DNA of 64,000 nucleotides from an uncultured Gammaproteobacteria bacterium (GTDB lineage: Bacteria; Patescibacteriota; Microgenomatia; UBA1406; HO2-37-13b), in assembly GCA_964612595.1 (NCBI GenBank), contig CAZTFB010000001.1:67058-131057 (forward strand), given 5' to 3'. Position 1 is the first letter of the stretch; each line of letters begins with the position of its first letter. Below are positions 9,334 through 19,208 of the stretch, piece by piece. The notes below the pieces were generated by a model. It was given only the letters and a program-made list of their open reading frames with translations, was not told where the DNA came from and ran no database searches. Both the position numbers and the translations under genes were made by a program.

Positions 9334-9810
9334 ATGCATATACGACGACATATATTATCCCAAAAGGGACTTTCCTTGCTTGAAGTATTAGCTTTTGTGA
9401 CAATCCTTTCATTAATATTCGTCAGTATCGCCTATTCGACAGGCCAGTCAATAAAACGCACCAAATTTAACGAGCAAAAGCTTATTGCTACGCGGTATGC
9501 TGAAGAACTTGAAGAATGGATTCGTGGCGAAAAAGAAGTGGATTGGACGACATTTTATGATCTTTACGCGGGTTCACCCGGTAAAACATATTGTTTCGAT
9601 GACACTGTATACGATGTAAATAACAATATGAGCTGGCCAACCGAAGGCTCATGTAATGGCGTATATGGCCTTCGCGACACATATGTGCGGGAAGTCATAC
9701 TAACTCAAAGTTTGAATTCCCAAGTTCAAGTGGTGATTGAAGTACGTTGGCGTGATGCACAAAACACTTTTAATGTTCCAATTAACACAATTTTGACAAA
9801 ATGGGAGTAA
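9334..9810 (+). CDS. Pseudopilin 3
   Basis: N-terminus SQKGLSLLEVLAFVTILSLIFV, a degenerate prepilin motif that keeps the Glu at +5. Confidence 0.65.
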   Translation: MHIRRHILSQKGLSLLEVLAFVTILSLIFVSIAYSTGQSIKRTKFNEQKLIATRYAEELEEWIRGEKEVDWTTFYDLYAGSPGKTYCFDDTVYDVNNNMSWPTEGSCNGVYGLRDTYVREVILTQSLNSQVQVVIEVRWRDAQNTFNVPINTILTKWE

Positions 9811-10370
9811 AGTATATTTATCGTCAAAAAGGCTTTACGTTACTAGAAGTGATAATAGTGCTCAGTATATTTACGATTATTGTTCCCGCAATGTTTACCA
9901 TGTATTTTGCAAGCCTGCGTGCTCAGCGCAAAGTACTTGTTTTGAGAGATGCAAAAAGAAACGGCGATAATGCACTGACCGCAATGGAGAATTTGTTAAA
10001 GCAGAATGCGGTCAGTATACATAATGACTCACCGCCCACCGCTGCAAACCAGGTCTGTACTTCATCAGTACCATCCGCATCTGACACAGAGCTATTTTTT
10101 AAGGATAAGGATGGTTCTTGGTTTTCTTTCACTCAATCTGAAGGAAAAATTGCATCAAATTCAGCCATGTTAGGCAACGCCACAAGTACGAATCTTACAA
10201 ATTTAAAATCCATTGTATCAAGTTTTGATCTTAGGTGTATGTTTGTCTCTGAAACAAGTCCACCCTTAGTTTCGATATCGTTTAGGGTTGACCAGTTCGG
10301 ACCTACAGGAAGACCAGAAGATGTTACGTCACTATCATATCAAACAAAAGTAAAACTGCGCTCTTATTGA
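9801..10370 (+). CDS. Pseudopilin 4 (PilW/GspJ-like)
   Basis: N-terminus RQKGFTLLEVIIVLSIFTIIV. Overlaps the upstream gene by 10 nt. Confidence 0.7.
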   Translation: MGVKYIYRQKGFTLLEVIIVLSIFTIIVPAMFTMYFASLRAQRKVLVLRDAKRNGDNALTAMENLLKQNAVSIHNDSPPTAANQVCTSSVPSASDTELFFKDKDGSWFSFTQSEGKIASNSAMLGNATSTNLTNLKSIVSSFDLRCMFVSETSPPLVSISFRVDQFGPTGRPEDVTSLSYQTKVKLRSY

Positions 10371-10401
10371 CTTATCCTGTGACTTTTCACATACTTACTA
10401 T

Positions 10402-11433
10402 ATGTCGTCCTCAACGTTCACTCTTGATATTGGTGAAAGGTATATTAAAGCAGTTGACGCAGAAATGAGCGGTTCAACTCTTGTTGCACACTCCGCTGCA
10501 TTTACTGATCTCGAATATAATCCTTACATTACAGCAGCTGAAGATTACACTAAAAAAACAGCTGAAGCAGTTCAGAGATTGCTTAACGATGCACAAATTA
10601 AAAAACGCGACGTCCACATTGTTATACCTGATAGTCAAAGTTATACTCGCGTTTTTGAGATGCCTTTGCTTACAGAGAAAGAACTCCTATCTGCAATTCG
10701 ATACCAAGCAGATCAGTTTATTCCAATTCCCATAGATAAGGTGAGTATGGACATTTTTCCCTTAAGAAAAGATAAATCAAAGGGCTTGTCGCTTATTCTT
10801 CTTGTTGCTGCTTCAACTACTGTCATTGATCACGTTTCACAGGTTGTTACCGCAGCGTCACTAAATCCAGTATCTGTAGAGAACGAAACGAGTGCTACCC
10901 TTAGACTTCTTAGCAAAATGTATGAGAATAAGGAAGTTGATGATCAACTTCAGGTATATGTTAATTTTGGCGAATCCTCCTCATCACTATACTTATACAA
11001 TCTCAAGGACAGAATTCCTGCTCAAGTCCACAATTTTTCAATCGGAAGAAATATTTTCTATCGAGATATTCAAGCAAACTTGACCATTACGCCTGAACAG
11101 GTCAAAGATGCAATAGAGAAAGTTGGTTTTTTGCCTGTGCAGGCGCCATATAATCTTCCGGCGATTATTAGTGCTCCCTTTAATGAGTTTGTTGAAGAAA
11201 TTAAACGCTTTGTCATATCTTCAAAAGAGTTGACTTCGCGCAATATCTCAAAGGTAGTTGTATTTGGAGAGGGGTCTGCATTTGCTGGATTAGATGCAAA
11301 GTTATCCGATTCGCTTGGCATACCTGTAGAAATAAGCAATATTGCATCTGCATTTAAGAAAAATTCGGTAGTAGATTATTTTGCTCACGAATGGAATATT
11401 CTGCTACCTGCCGTTGGCTCATGTCTCCAATAG
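10402..11433 (+). CDS. pilM: Type IV pilus assembly protein PilM (actin-like ATPase fold)
   Basis: 343 aa. LDIGERYIKAV start, IRYQADQFIPIP motif typical of PilM, followed by pilN/pilO-like genes. Confidence 0.8.
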   Translation: MSSSTFTLDIGERYIKAVDAEMSGSTLVAHSAAFTDLEYNPYITAAEDYTKKTAEAVQRLLNDAQIKKRDVHIVIPDSQSYTRVFEMPLLTEKELLSAIRYQADQFIPIPIDKVSMDIFPLRKDKSKGLSLILLVAASTTVIDHVSQVVTAASLNPVSVENETSATLRLLSKMYENKEVDDQLQVYVNFGESSSSLYLYNLKDRIPAQVHNFSIGRNIFYRDIQANLTITPEQVKDAIEKVGFLPVQAPYNLPAIISAPFNEFVEEIKRFVISSKELTSRNISKVVVFGEGSAFAGLDAKLSDSLGIPVEISNIASAFKKNSVVDYFAHEWNILLPAVGSCLQ

Positions 11434-11449
11434 CCAGCACCATAAAAAT

Positions 11450-11998
11450 ATGACCGTTGAAATCAACCTACTTCGCAAACACAAAACGTCGAAGTTTACC
11501 CAAAAAGCAATTTTTGCCATTCGTCTTACGACAATCATTCTTGGTGCGGTTGTACTCTTATCGCTGTCCGGTTTATTCTTATTAAGAAAGAATCTTGAAC
11601 TTCAGCTTGATGCAAAAACGGCCCATCATAATCAAATTATGTCGCGGATTGTAAAAAGCCAGGAGAAAGAAACTGCCGCAATTCTGCTTAATGAAAAGTA
11701 CAAGGCGATTGACGCTCTCTTAAAAGCTGAGCCACCGTATGTATCGTATTATCAGACGCTTATGAAGGAGCTGCCTAATTCATCAGATTCTGGCAGACTT
11801 ACTAATCTTTCAATACAAAAAACTGGAATTGCTATTGCTCAAATACATTTTCCCAATATTCTTGCAATGACAAAGTTTATGACACGCGTCGAATCTAATG
11901 AATTCCAAAAAAACTTTACCTCCGTTCGTACAAGTGGGATTACTTTTGGCCAAGATGGTTCAAAGGAAGTTGCATTTTCAATAGATGTTAAATTTTAA
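11450..11998 (+). CDS. pilN: PilN-like bitopic pilus alignment protein
   Basis: An internal ATG at 11450 gives MTVEINLLRK (the INLL motif of PilN/fimbrial assembly proteins) followed by one TM helix. The tracked ORF starts at 11381 inside pilM. Confidence 0.7.
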   Translation: MTVEINLLRKHKTSKFTQKAIFAIRLTTIILGAVVLLSLSGLFLLRKNLELQLDAKTAHHNQIMSRIVKSQEKETAAILLNEKYKAIDALLKAEPPYVSYYQTLMKELPNSSDSGRLTNLSIQKTGIAIAQIHFPNILAMTKFMTRVESNEFQKNFTSVRTSGITFGQDGSKEVAFSIDVKF

Positions 11999-12710
11999 TA
12001 AACTCGAGCTGCTAAATTCGCCTCAATTCATACTTTTTAAAAGGAATATTGTGTATGTTATTGCTATTGTTGTATTTCTGTTCATTGGTTTTTCCTTTTT
12101 ACCTAAACTTATACTTGAGTACAATGACCTTCGCCAGAAAAACATTGATCTGCAATCTGAAATTTCAAAACAGGAAAGTCGTCTAAGACTTATTGACTCA
12201 ATTAATGTTCAAGACATTAATCAACTTTTACTTGTATTGAACACGCTCTACCCTCAAGAACAGGATCAATTTTCAATATACCCTGTAATAGATAATCTTC
12301 AGTCTGTCTCTGGTATGCTCTTTGTAAAAAAAAGCACACCTTTTGTGGGCGATACAAAATCACAGGTAGAAATTAGTATTGAGGCTCTCGGTACGCTTGA
12401 TCAAATTAATACCCTTTTGCAGGACTATCCCTATAAATCAGCCCGCATTCTAACGCTCGAAAAACTTACGATGAGCCAAGTGAAAAATAACCCACAATTG
12501 TGGAATGTGAGTTTTTCAGTGGTTTTCCATGCAAAAGAAATTTCAGCTGGAAAACAAGCTCTAGATAACATAAACCCAATGGCAATAGATTTTGCACGAC
12601 AAGCCGTGCAGTATTTTACTTCCAAAGGAGTTGACTTTGCGAACATTAGTATTAAAGATGAAGATATTCCAACAAACTACTCAGTAAAAAAGAATCCTTT
12701 CAATAATTAA
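11985..12710 (+). CDS. PilO-like bitopic protein
   Basis: One TM helix then a coiled-coil segment (DLRQKNIDLQSEISKQESRL). Position after pilM/pilN. Assigned mainly by synteny. Confidence 0.45.
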   Translation: MLNFNKLELLNSPQFILFKRNIVYVIAIVVFLFIGFSFLPKLILEYNDLRQKNIDLQSEISKQESRLRLIDSINVQDINQLLLVLNTLYPQEQDQFSIYPVIDNLQSVSGMLFVKKSTPFVGDTKSQVEISIEALGTLDQINTLLQDYPYKSARILTLEKLTMSQVKNNPQLWNVSFSVVFHAKEISAGKQALDNINPMAIDFARQAVQYFTSKGVDFANISIKDEDIPTNYSVKKNPFNN

Positions 12711-12718
12711 ATTTAGCA

Positions 12719-12961
12719 TCAAGCTTGCGTATTGATGAAGATGCGTGTGTGTTGTTCAGGGGTGTTTTTTGCTTCATAAAGCTTCAGAATATCCGTTAAA
12801 GCTTTAACGGTAAGACCGCGCTTACCAATGACGCGTGAATAATCGTCAGCATGAAGCGTAACGTTAAAACGCTGAATATCATTATCTGTTTCGTGATCAA
12901 TGACGATGTCCGAAGGGTTAGCGACGAGATTTTTAAGCAGAAATTGTAAGAGTTTTTGCAT
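12719..12961 (-). CDS. KH-domain RNA-binding protein (YlqC/UPF0109 family)
   Basis: 80 aa, VIGKRGLTVKAL (GxxG KH loop), immediately downstream of rpsP as in many bacteria. Confidence 0.8.
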   Translation of the reverse strand: MQKLLQFLLKNLVANPSDIVIDHETDNDIQRFNVTLHADDYSRVIGKRGLTVKALTDILKLYEAKNTPEQHTRIFINTQA

Positions 12962-13190
12962 GTTTTTTTAGTAATTTTGAGGTTCCCTCAGTAAGTTGGG
13001 CTCCTTTTCCAAGCCAATAGGACAATCTTTCGTCATTAACCTGAAGGACGTGTGGTTGAGGAATTGGATCATAAAATCCAATTTTGTCTACATAGCGTGT
13101 GTTTCTCTTGCTTTTAGCCTCAGCAACAATAATCCTGTATTTAGGATCATTTGTGCGGCCAATGCGTGATAGTTTTATTCTTAGTGCCAT
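12933..13190 (-). CDS. rpsP: 30S ribosomal protein S16
   Basis: MALRIKLSRIGRTNDPKYRIIVAEAKSKRNTRYVDKIGFYDP is a canonical S16 N-terminus. Confidence 0.95.
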   Translation of the reverse strand: MALRIKLSRIGRTNDPKYRIIVAEAKSKRNTRYVDKIGFYDPIPQPHVLQVNDERLSYWLGKGAQLTEGTSKLLKKHAKTLTISA

Positions 13191-13208
13191 AGTCAGATCA
13201 AAATTATA

Positions 13209-13922
13209 TCATATTCCTAACTTTTGTAAAGCGCTACGTGCCGCTTCTTCCTCACCTTGTTTCTTTGATTTTCCACTTCCTTCACCAAGTATTTTATCGT
13301 TGTCAAAAACACCAACAACATATATCTTGTTATGTTCAGGACCGCTCTCACTCAAAATTTTATATGTTGGTAGCTTTTTATACTTCTCTTGGTAAAACTC
13401 TTGGAGAATGTTTTTTGCTGGTAGATACAGTTTTTTTCGGACAATATTGTCGAGCACGCCACTAAATAGATGAGTGTTTATAAAATTATATGCAACATCG
13501 AAACCGTGTTCCAGATAAATTGTACCGATAAGAGCCTCAAAGCAATCCGCAAGAATTGATATATTATCTCTACCATTATTCTCCTGCTCACCTTTAGATA
13601 GATAGAGATAATCACCAATACCTAATGTTTTAGCTGCCTCATACAAACTGTTGGTGTTTACTATAGCCGCCTTAATATCTGTGTAATCGCCTTCTTTATA
13701 CTCTGGATATGTAGTATATAGATGAACCGACGTTACTAAGGAAAGGACACTATCACCAAGAAATTCAAGTTTTTCATTCGAAGGAAGTGGAAATTCTCTA
13801 TTTTCGTTATGATATGATCGGTGCACAAAAGCATTTTCGAGCAATTCGACGTTCTTAAACTCCAAACCAATCTTTTTTTGTAAGTCTTCAAGCTTCTTTG
13901 TTATTCTCATAATCAGTTTCAT
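13209..13922 (-). CDS. rnc: Ribonuclease III
   Basis: RNase III signature EKLEFLGDSVLSLV plus a C-terminal dsRBD (GSGKSKKQGEEEAARSAL). Confidence 0.9.
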   Translation of the reverse strand: MKLIMRITKKLEDLQKKIGLEFKNVELLENAFVHRSYHNENREFPLPSNEKLEFLGDSVLSLVTSVHLYTTYPEYKEGDYTDIKAAIVNTNSLYEAAKTLGIGDYLYLSKGEQENNGRDNISILADCFEALIGTIYLEHGFDVAYNFINTHLFSGVLDNIVRKKLYLPAKNILQEFYQEKYKKLPTYKILSESGPEHNKIYVVGVFDNDKILGEGSGKSKKQGEEEAARSALQKLGI

Positions 13923-14259
13923 AAATTTTTCCTAATATCGCGTTGATAAACGAGGGAGATTTTTCTCCTCCCATTTCTTTAGCTAGCTCAACTGCCTCAT
14001 TTATAATAACTTTTGGTGGCGTTGTTTTTTCAACAAGCAATTCAAACAGTGCAAGGTGAAGAATGGCAATATCAACACGTGCAATCTTATCAATATCATA
14101 TTTTTGGGCATACAGCTTTATCATTTCGTCAAATTTATCGGCATGTGAGGTAATCAGAAGAATTTTATCCTTAAGCTCTGGGTGTTGGAATTTACTATTG
14201 AATGAAGTAGCATATAGCTCTTGTACAAGATGCTGTCTACGGGTGTGTCGCTTGTCCAT
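13888..14259 (-). CDS. nusB: Transcription antitermination factor NusB
   Basis: 123 aa, all-helical, with motifs RVDIAILHLALFEL, VIINEAVELAK and FINAILGKI. Confidence 0.8.
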   Translation of the reverse strand: MDKRHTRRQHLVQELYATSFNSKFQHPELKDKILLITSHADKFDEMIKLYAQKYDIDKIARVDIAILHLALFELLVEKTTPPKVIINEAVELAKEMGGEKSPSFINAILGKIYETDYENNKEA

Positions 14260-14261
14260 AA

Positions 14262-14396
14262 TTAACCTTTGCGATGTGAGAGGCGAGGCTTTCCAGTAGT
14301 TTTGTCATAAACTACACTAGAAAGACTTTCTGTCCTTACAGCTCTTCGCTTGCCCGTTCTTCGCGTTGAATGTTTCCTTTTTGGTGTTGGAGGCAT
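14262..14396 (-). CDS. rpmF: 50S ribosomal protein L32 (44 aa; below the ORF-track length cutoff)
   Basis: Hand translation of the minus strand gives MPPTPKRKHSTRRTGKRRAVRTESLSSVVYDKTTGKPRLSHRKG. P(K/R)RKxSxxRxxKRR is the L32 signature. The stop codon lies 2 nt before the nusB ATG. Confidence 0.8.
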   Translation of the reverse strand: MPPTPKRKHSTRRTGKRRAVRTESLSSVVYDKTTGKPRLSHRKG

Positions 14397-14438
14397 ATAA
14401 CGTATTGTAACATGAAGTAATTCTTTTTTTCAATGTTA

Positions 14439-16547
14439 TTAGTTGTGCGCAATTTCTTCATATTTGAATGAATGAAGTCTTTTAACTAAATAAGGAAAGT
14501 CTTGGTACGAATAGCCAGCTTCCAGAAATTGTGAGCTGGAATGTTGTACGTCTTCAATGAGTTTAGTATCGAGAAGTGTCTCAAGCGCGATAGGCGCATA
14601 GCCGTGTTGCTGCGTACCAAATATGTTTCCGCCTCCTCTGTGTGAGAGATCGAAGCGAGCAAGCTCGAATCCATTGTTTGTTTTTGCAAAAAATGCGAGT
14701 CTTTTTTCAACCTTTGGGCTTGGGGAGGTTGTAAAGAGTAGACAATGTGATTGTAACTCGGATCTTCCTACTCTCCCTCGCAGCTGATGTAACTGTGCGA
14801 GTCCAAAACGTTCTGCCCCTTCGATAACAATGATAGTAGCGTTTGGTACGTCAATACCAACCTCAACAACAGGAGTCGATACGAGAATATCTATATTCCC
14901 ATCGGCAAATGATTTCATAATGAGATCTTTTTCAACAGGCTTCAATCTTCCGTGCAATAGAGCTGTGGTGAAGCCTTTAAATACAGATTCAATTCTCTTT
15001 ATTTCTTCCGCAGCTGCTTTTACCGATAGAAGTGTTTCACTTTCAGATTGTTCTATAAATGGACACACAATGAATGCTTGGTGATGTGCCGCAAGCTCCA
15101 TTTTAATCCATTCATAAGCTTTCTCGCGTTTCTGCTCCGGAGTTACATACGTTTTAATTTCTTTTCTTCCCTTTGGAAACTCATCAATAACCGATATGTC
15201 CAGTTCTCCATACAGGGTGAGCATGACAGTCCTTGGTATAGGTGTGGCTGTAAGACTGAGCATATGAGGCGACAATCCCCTTTTATTTAGGGCGCCTCTT
15301 TGCATGACGCCAAACTTATGTTGCTCATCGACAATGACAAGCCCGATATGATCGAACGATTTTTTTGATGTTATGAGTGCATGTGTACCAATGATGAGGT
15401 CGGCATTGGTAAACTCTTCATCGGTTGGCTTGCTATTGTTCGTCATAAGACATATGGACGGCTTTTTATCTGTAGTTAAAACGTCGCAGAGCTTTGACAG
15501 GGTTTGTAGATGTTGTTGTGCGAGAATTTCTGTAGGTGCCATATAGAGAACTTTCTTGCTATTGTAGAAAGCAAATAATGCTGCAAGTAATGTAATCACC
15601 GTTTTTCCACTCCCTACATCACCTTGCAAGAGTCTGTTCATAGGTTGTGGAGATGACATATCATTTAGAATCTCGTCGGTGACACGCTTCTGTGCATTGG
15701 TAAGCTCGTATGGAAGTGTAGCGATAAAGTCTTGTACAGATGCTTTTTTATCCTTAGACATAGGCTCGTCGACATACTGTGCATGCCATTCCTTACGAAT
15801 AAGCTGCATTTTGAGTTGAATACTGAACAGCTCGTTAAAACTCATACGTTCACGTGCCTTCATCAGCATTGCAACATCTTCGGGGAAATGAAGATGTGAG
15901 TATACGTCATTCATACTGAGCAGATGAGAACTAATTACCTCGCTAGGAAGACACTCGGTTGCAGTTTTTCCATACAACATAACTGAACTATATATCTTCT
16001 CACGGAGTGTTCTGGAAGATATGCCAGGTATTGATGAGTATATGGGTACAATTCTTGAGGTGTGTATAGGCGTCGCTAACGCTTGAAGCAATTCGTAGCT
16101 CTCGGGTTGCAGTACTGTCGATCCGTTATTGTTACGAATTGAGCCTGCTACAGCCATATGTTCACCTTCTTTAAATAGTCGCAATAAAAACGGCTGGTTA
16201 AACCAGGTCAAAGTAGTGTGTCCCGATTCGTCTCTCAGTGTTACTTTTTGCATAGAAAACCCCTTACGTGCAAATATGTTGGTTTTTTTCTCTATTACGC
16301 CTTGAATGGTTACTTTATTCTTGCTGAGTAGCGCATTATCCGATTCATCACTAGTTGTAAGGTAATGCGCGTGAATATCTGCGATAGGAAGTATGTTCCT
16401 ATAATCTTCGTAGCGAAAGGGAATGATCTCTAAGAGATCGCCTATAGAAGTAATATTAGCTGATGCGAGGCGTAAAATTGTGCGCGGTGATGTATTAGGG
16501 AGATTCTTGAGTGGAACATCATAAAGCATACAGTAGAAGAGGAGCAA
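14439..16547 (-). CDS. recG: ATP-dependent DNA helicase RecG
   Basis: 702 aa. Wedge/OB N-terminal region, helicase motifs GDVGSGKT, DEQHKFG and TATPIPRT, and the RecG-specific C-terminus. The true start could be the second Met (16529). Confidence 0.9.
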   Translation of the reverse strand: MLLFYCMLYDVPLKNLPNTSPRTILRLASANITSIGDLLEIIPFRYEDYRNILPIADIHAHYLTTSDESDNALLSKNKVTIQGVIEKKTNIFARKGFSMQKVTLRDESGHTTLTWFNQPFLLRLFKEGEHMAVAGSIRNNNGSTVLQPESYELLQALATPIHTSRIVPIYSSIPGISSRTLREKIYSSVMLYGKTATECLPSEVISSHLLSMNDVYSHLHFPEDVAMLMKARERMSFNELFSIQLKMQLIRKEWHAQYVDEPMSKDKKASVQDFIATLPYELTNAQKRVTDEILNDMSSPQPMNRLLQGDVGSGKTVITLLAALFAFYNSKKVLYMAPTEILAQQHLQTLSKLCDVLTTDKKPSICLMTNNSKPTDEEFTNADLIIGTHALITSKKSFDHIGLVIVDEQHKFGVMQRGALNKRGLSPHMLSLTATPIPRTVMLTLYGELDISVIDEFPKGRKEIKTYVTPEQKREKAYEWIKMELAAHHQAFIVCPFIEQSESETLLSVKAAAEEIKRIESVFKGFTTALLHGRLKPVEKDLIMKSFADGNIDILVSTPVVEVGIDVPNATIIVIEGAERFGLAQLHQLRGRVGRSELQSHCLLFTTSPSPKVEKRLAFFAKTNNGFELARFDLSHRGGGNIFGTQQHGYAPIALETLLDTKLIEDVQHSSSQFLEAGYSYQDFPYLVKRLHSFKYEEIAHN

Positions 16548-16646
16548 CTGACATGAAAATAAGAATGAGTGCCGCTATAGATACAAAAATGATTTTTATT
16601 GTGTAAATGTTTTTTTTCAGAAATGTACGTAACATGTTGTGTGTAG

Positions 16647-16652
16647 TATACT
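16647..16652 (+). promoter_or_regulatory. -10 box (TATACT) 6 nt upstream of the PBP start codon
   Basis: gtgtagTATACTatatcgATG with no Shine-Dalgarno sequence. Implies a leaderless transcript. Confidence 0.35.
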
Positions 16653-16658
16653 ATATCG

Positions 16659-19208
16659 ATGCGAAGATTCTCAAGATTACAACGACAGAAAATGACCCCT
16701 TTGTTGTTAAAAGGGGCACTTATAAGTGTTGTTGTTTTTTTTGTACTTGGTTTTTTAGCGTTTCTCTTTCTCGCACGCAATCTTCCTGAACCAGGAAGCG
16801 TAAAAAGAAATACAGGATTTTCGACAGTTATACTTGATAGAGACGGCAAAACACTCTACGAATTATACGAAGATAAAAATCGAATTCCAGTATCTATTAA
16901 GGATGTTCCAGTACACCTTAAGCAAGCGACAATCGCTATTGAAGATAAATCCTTCTATTCACATCAGGGGTTCTCTACATGGGGCATTGTGCGCTCGGTA
17001 TTTAGAATTTTGACTACGGGAAATCTTGTCAGTGGATCCACCCTTACACAACAACTGGTTAAGAATGTCTTACTTACCCAAGATCAAACATTATCAAGAA
17101 AAGTAAAAGAGGTTGTACTCGCAGTTGAAATAGAAAGAAGATTTACTAAAGATGAGATTCTTGAGATGTACCTCAACGAATCACCATATGGCGGTACATT
17201 TTGGGGAGCCCAGTCTGCATCGAAAGGATACTTTGATAAGGATGTGAAGGATCTGAATCTTGTTGAATCAGCAATAATGGCCGGACTACCACAGCGGCCA
17301 TCTTACTATAATCCTCTCTCAGGTAAAGAAGGCGCATTCAAGGGTCGCACAAAAGATGTCCTACGTAGAATGCGAGAGGATAAGTACATAACAAAAGAAG
17401 AAGAAAAGAAAGCCCTCGCGGATCTGGAGAAAATTAGCTTTAAAAATGCGCCGGGTGTTGCGATTGAAGCGCCACATTTTATTTTCTACGTGCGCGCGCT
17501 TGTTGCAGAAAAGTTTGGTGAAAAAATTCTTGACCAAGGTATAAAAATTAAGACGACCCTATCGTTAGATGCGCAAAAGGAAGCAGAGAAAGTACTTAAT
17601 GAGGAAGTTAAAAAACTAAAATCAGCGAGTGTTGGCAACGGTTCAACGGTAGTACTAGACTCAAAAACCTCGCAAATTCTCGCAATGGTTGGTTCGTATG
17701 ATTACAATGATGAAGAATTTGGCCGCTTTAATACGACTACAGCGCTTAGACAACCTGGCTCTGCAGTAAAACCTATCACCTATGCAACTGCTTTTGAACA
17801 AGGCTACACACCTTCTTCATTAGTTATGGATGTGCAAACGGAGTTTCCAGATCAAGGTGAGAAAGTCTATAGCCCTGTAAATTATGACGGAAAGTTTAGA
17901 GGTCCTGTGCAGTATAGATTCGCTCTCGCCAACTCGCTTAATGTGCCGGCCGTAAAAGTGTTGGCGAATGTAGGTATTCGTAACTTCCTACAGAAGGCTT
18001 ATGATATGGGTCTTACAAGCTTTGAACCGACAAAGGCAAATCTTAAGAGGTTTGGTCTATCGCTCACATTAGGAGGTGGAGAAACAACACTGCTTGATCT
18101 TACCTCGGCATTTTCTGTGTTTGCAAGAGGTGGTACCCGCATAGAGCCTATATCAATACTCGAAATTAGAGATAATAAGGATAAGGTTATTTTTAAAGCC
18201 TCAGATCCTAAACCAAAACAGGTGTTAACTCCTGGTGTGTCATTCCTAATTTCACACATTCTCTCCGACAATACAGCTCGGTCCGAGGCTTTTGGTTCAA
18301 ACTCTTTCTTACGTGTACCGGGTAAAACGGTCGCAGTAAAGACCGGAACAACAAACGACAAGAGAGATAATTGGACGATTGGATTTACAAAGGATGTAAC
18401 AGTGGGTGTGTGGGTTGGTAACAATGACAACTCACCAATGAATCAGAAGATAGCATCAGGTGTGACGGGAGCTTCGCCAATCTGGAATAGGATTATGAAA
18501 AACATGCTGAAAACTTATTCTGATGGTCTTATGGCGAAACCTGATGAAGTAGATGCCCTGCAGGTTGATGCTTTTCTTGGTGGACTACCGAAGGATGGTT
18601 ATCCAATCCGTTCAGAATATTTTGTTAAAGGAACAGAGCCAAAATCAATGTCACCTTTCTATAAAAAACTTAAATTTTCGAAAAGTACGGGAAAACTCGC
18701 CAACGATATCGAAATAAAAACAGGTGATTATGAAGAGCGAGATTTTATAGTTATTACTGAATCGGACCCTGTATCGACGGATGGTAAAAATAGATGGCAG
18801 GAAGCTATCGAGGCTTGGGCATATTCCCAACCAGATGAAAAGTTTAAACCATCGAGAGATGTGTCTGATTCAAAACAAGATGAGTTGGTTGTATCTATTC
18901 GTGAGCCTGGAAATGAGTCACGCATAAACTCGAATACAATAAAGGTAATCGCTAGAATAACGTCGCTTCAAGACATTCGAAAGGTTGAAATTCAGGTCAA
19001 TGGTTCAACAATAAAAACGTATGAAGAGAATAAGAAAGATATTGAAGAAAACATCACTCTGTCAGACGGTACTTATGAGATTAGGATAATTGCTGAAAAC
19101 GTTAAAGGTGTTCGTAAAGATTCAGCGATACGTATTGGAGTAAATAAAGAATGGAATGAATCACAACCTACACAAGTGCCGCAAGCGCAACCTACAGCGT
19201 CGCCGTAA
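16659..19208 (+). CDS. Class A penicillin-binding protein (transglycosylase + transpeptidase) with C-terminal Ig-like extension
   Basis: N-terminal TM anchor. GT51 motifs IAIEDKSFYSHQG and RKVKE. Transpeptidase motifs SAVKP, SLN and KTGTT. Confidence 0.9.
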   Translation: MRRFSRLQRQKMTPLLLKGALISVVVFFVLGFLAFLFLARNLPEPGSVKRNTGFSTVILDRDGKTLYELYEDKNRIPVSIKDVPVHLKQATIAIEDKSFYSHQGFSTWGIVRSVFRILTTGNLVSGSTLTQQLVKNVLLTQDQTLSRKVKEVVLAVEIERRFTKDEILEMYLNESPYGGTFWGAQSASKGYFDKDVKDLNLVESAIMAGLPQRPSYYNPLSGKEGAFKGRTKDVLRRMREDKYITKEEEKKALADLEKISFKNAPGVAIEAPHFIFYVRALVAEKFGEKILDQGIKIKTTLSLDAQKEAEKVLNEEVKKLKSASVGNGSTVVLDSKTSQILAMVGSYDYNDEEFGRFNTTTALRQPGSAVKPITYATAFEQGYTPSSLVMDVQTEFPDQGEKVYSPVNYDGKFRGPVQYRFALANSLNVPAVKVLANVGIRNFLQKAYDMGLTSFEPTKANLKRFGLSLTLGGGETTLLDLTSAFSVFARGGTRIEPISILEIRDNKDKVIFKASDPKPKQVLTPGVSFLISHILSDNTARSEAFGSNSFLRVPGKTVAVKTGTTNDKRDNWTIGFTKDVTVGVWVGNNDNSPMNQKIASGVTGASPIWNRIMKNMLKTYSDGLMAKPDEVDALQVDAFLGGLPKDGYPIRSEYFVKGTEPKSMSPFYKKLKFSKSTGKLANDIEIKTGDYEERDFIVITESDPVSTDGKNRWQEAIEAWAYSQPDEKFKPSRDVSDSKQDELVVSIREPGNESRINSNTIKVIARITSLQDIRKVEIQVNGSTIKTYEENKKDIEENITLSDGTYEIRIIAENVKGVRKDSAIRIGVNKEWNESQPTQVPQAQPTASP

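Noticed and set aside
16442-16849. 135-aa minus-strand ORF spanning the recG start and the PBP start
   Set aside because: It overlaps two strongly supported genes and the promoter region between them, and its composition is atypical. Likewise 17999..18430 and 18728..18925 lie antisense in the PBP gene.
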